The notes under the pieces are model-generated. The model was not told the DNA's origin and did not search any database. It worked only from the letters and a program-made list of their open reading frames with translations. Positions 61,974 through 64,000 of a DNA stretch of 64,000 bases are shown here, one piece after another (position 1 is the stretch's first letter; every line of letters begins with the position of its first letter). Both the position numbers and the translations under genes were made by a program. Source of the DNA: Lama glama (lineage: Eukaryota); NCBI GenBank assembly GCA_028534125.1, contig CM052817.1:109246001-109310000 (forward strand), given 5' to 3'.

Positions 61974-64000
61974 TTTTTCATATTGAATTATAGTTGGTTC
62001 ACCATGTTTTGTTAGTTTCTGGTGTACAGCATACTGATTCAGTTATACACATATATTATTCACCATATTCATTAGCATTACAGGTTATTACATGATACTG
62101 TACATAGTTCCCTGTGCTGTGCAGTAGGACTTTGATGTTTATCTCTTGTAGATATAGTAGTTAGTATCTGGAAATCTTGAACTCCCAATTGATCTCTCCC
62201 CTCCTAGTCCCCCCAGTCTGGGAACCATTTATTTGTTTTCTATGTCTGTCTGACCCTGTTTCTACTTTGTAAATAAATTAATTTGTGCCACGTTTTTTAG
62301 ATCCCTCATATAAGTGATATCACACAATATTTGTTTCCTCTGTCTTACTTCACTTGGTGTGATCATCTCTAAGTCCATCCATGTTGCTGCAAGTGGCATT
62401 ATTTTATTCTTTTTTACATTTGAGTTGTATTCTGTTATCTTTCTGTCTGTCTGCCTGTCTATCTAATTAAACTTCATCTCATAATCTGACCATGGACATT
62501 TAGGTTACTTTCAAGTCTTGGCTTTTGTAAATAGTGCTGCTGTGAATATTGGGGTGCAGGTATCTTTTTGAATTAGAGTTTCCTCCAGATACATGTTCAG
62601 GAGTGGGATGGCTGGATCATATGTTAAGTCTCACTTTAATTTTTTTAAGAAATCTTTATACTGTTTTTTATAGTGTCTGCACCCAATTACGTTCCCACCA
62701 GTAGTGTAGGAGGTTGCCTTTTTCTCCATACCCTCTCCAGCACTTATAATTTGTGGATGTTTTAATGATAACCATCCTGACCAACATCAGACTAGACCTC
62801 ATTGTAGTTTTCTATTTTTTTTTCCTCTAATAATTAGAGATATTGAGCATCTTTTTATGTGCCTATTGGCCATCTGTGTATTTTCTTTGGAGAAATGTCT
62901 CTTTAAATCCTCTGCTTATTTTTTGACTGGATGGCTTTTTTCCTTCTGTTGCTAGTTGTATGAGCTCTTTGTAAATTCTGGAAATTAAACCCTTGTCAGT
63001 TGCATCATTTGTTACTGAGTTCTGTGAGCTGTTTTTATAGTTTGGAAATTAAGCCCTTATCAGACGCATTATTTACTAATTATGTCCTTGTCAGTCAAAA
63101 CCTATTTCTTAGGTTGTCTTTTCATTTCATTTTATGGTTTTGTGCAAAAAAAAAAAACCCTTATATGTTTAATTAAGTTTCATTTGTTTATTTTTGCTTT
63201 TATTTCCATTGCCCCAGTAGACCAACCTAGGAGAAAATTGCTACAATTTATGTCAGAGAATGTATTGCCTATGTTATCTCCTAAGAGATTTATGGTGTGC
63301 TGTACATGTTTAAGCCTTTAAACTGCTTTGAGTTTATTTTTGTGTATGGTATAAGGGAGTGTTCTAACTTCATTGATTTCCATGCAGCTGTCCAGCTTTC
63401 CCAGCACCACTTGCTAAAGAGACTGTTCTTACTCCATGGTATATTTTTGACTCATTTGTTAAAGATTATTTGACAGTAGGTGTCTGGGTTTATCTCTGGG
63501 CTCTCTGTTCTGTTCCATTGATCCAAATGTCTGTTTTTGTACTGTACCACACCATTTTTATTTCTGTATCTTTGTAGTAATATCTGAAGTCTAAGAGGGT
63601 TATGCCTACAGTTTTGTACTTTTTCTTCAGTATTTGGAAATTCAGGGTCTTCTGTGATTTCATATAAATTTTAATATTTGTTTAGTATTTATTCTACTTC
63701 TTTGAAAAATGTCCTGTGCAATTTGATAGGAATCGCATTAAATCTGTAGATTGCTTTGGGCGGTATGGCCATTTTAACAATATTAATTCTTCCAATCCAA
63801 GAGCATCAGATGTCTTTTCATTTCTTTAAATCTTCCTTAATTTATTAATGTTTTATGGTTCTCAGCATATAAGTCTTTCACTTCCTTGGCCAGGTTTAGT
63901 TCTAAGTATTTAATTTTGTTGATGCAATTTTAAAAGGAATTGTTTTCTAAGGGTCCTTTTTTGAAATTTCACTTTTAATGTAAAAAATGCAACAGATTTC
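61974..64000 (-). mobile_element. L1 3' UTR and ORF2 3' part, continuing past the window edge
   Basis: Antisense L1 text throughout (catccatgttgctgcaa; aatctgtagattgctttgg; ttcttccaatccaagagca). Confidence 0.9.

Noticed and set aside
62980..63095. Repeated ggaaattaa(a/g)ccctt segments
   Set aside because: Local degenerate duplication within an L1 copy; no independent significance.
1..64000. CRISPR arrays or prokaryotic-type systems
   Set aside because: The sequence is mammalian, and no repeat-spacer periodicity or operon-like ORF clusters are present.

Overview
Mammalian genomic DNA, probably camelid (Camelus/Vicugna), inferred from the tRNA-derived SINEs and the L1 3' ends. It is repeat-rich: L1, L2, MIR, MLT1/MLT2/MER21 LTRs, ERV1 solo LTRs, a complete non-autonomous MER34-like provirus with a 4-bp TSD, Charlie1 and Tigger elements. 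I can support no intact protein-coding gene, and the ORF track is mostly spurious. The main signal is a chain of about 25 minus-strand exon remnants running from ~49.4 kb to the left edge. Many have recognisable splice sites and phase-compatible junctions, but they carry many stops and frameshifts. Their translations match, in colinear order, motifs of the multi-RGS-domain proteins RGSL1 and RGS22 as I recall those sequences, at identity too low for either ortholog. This suggests an anciently decayed unitary pseudogene of a third RGSL1/RGS22-family paralog. All alignments are by eye and from memory and need tblastn/HMM confirmation.
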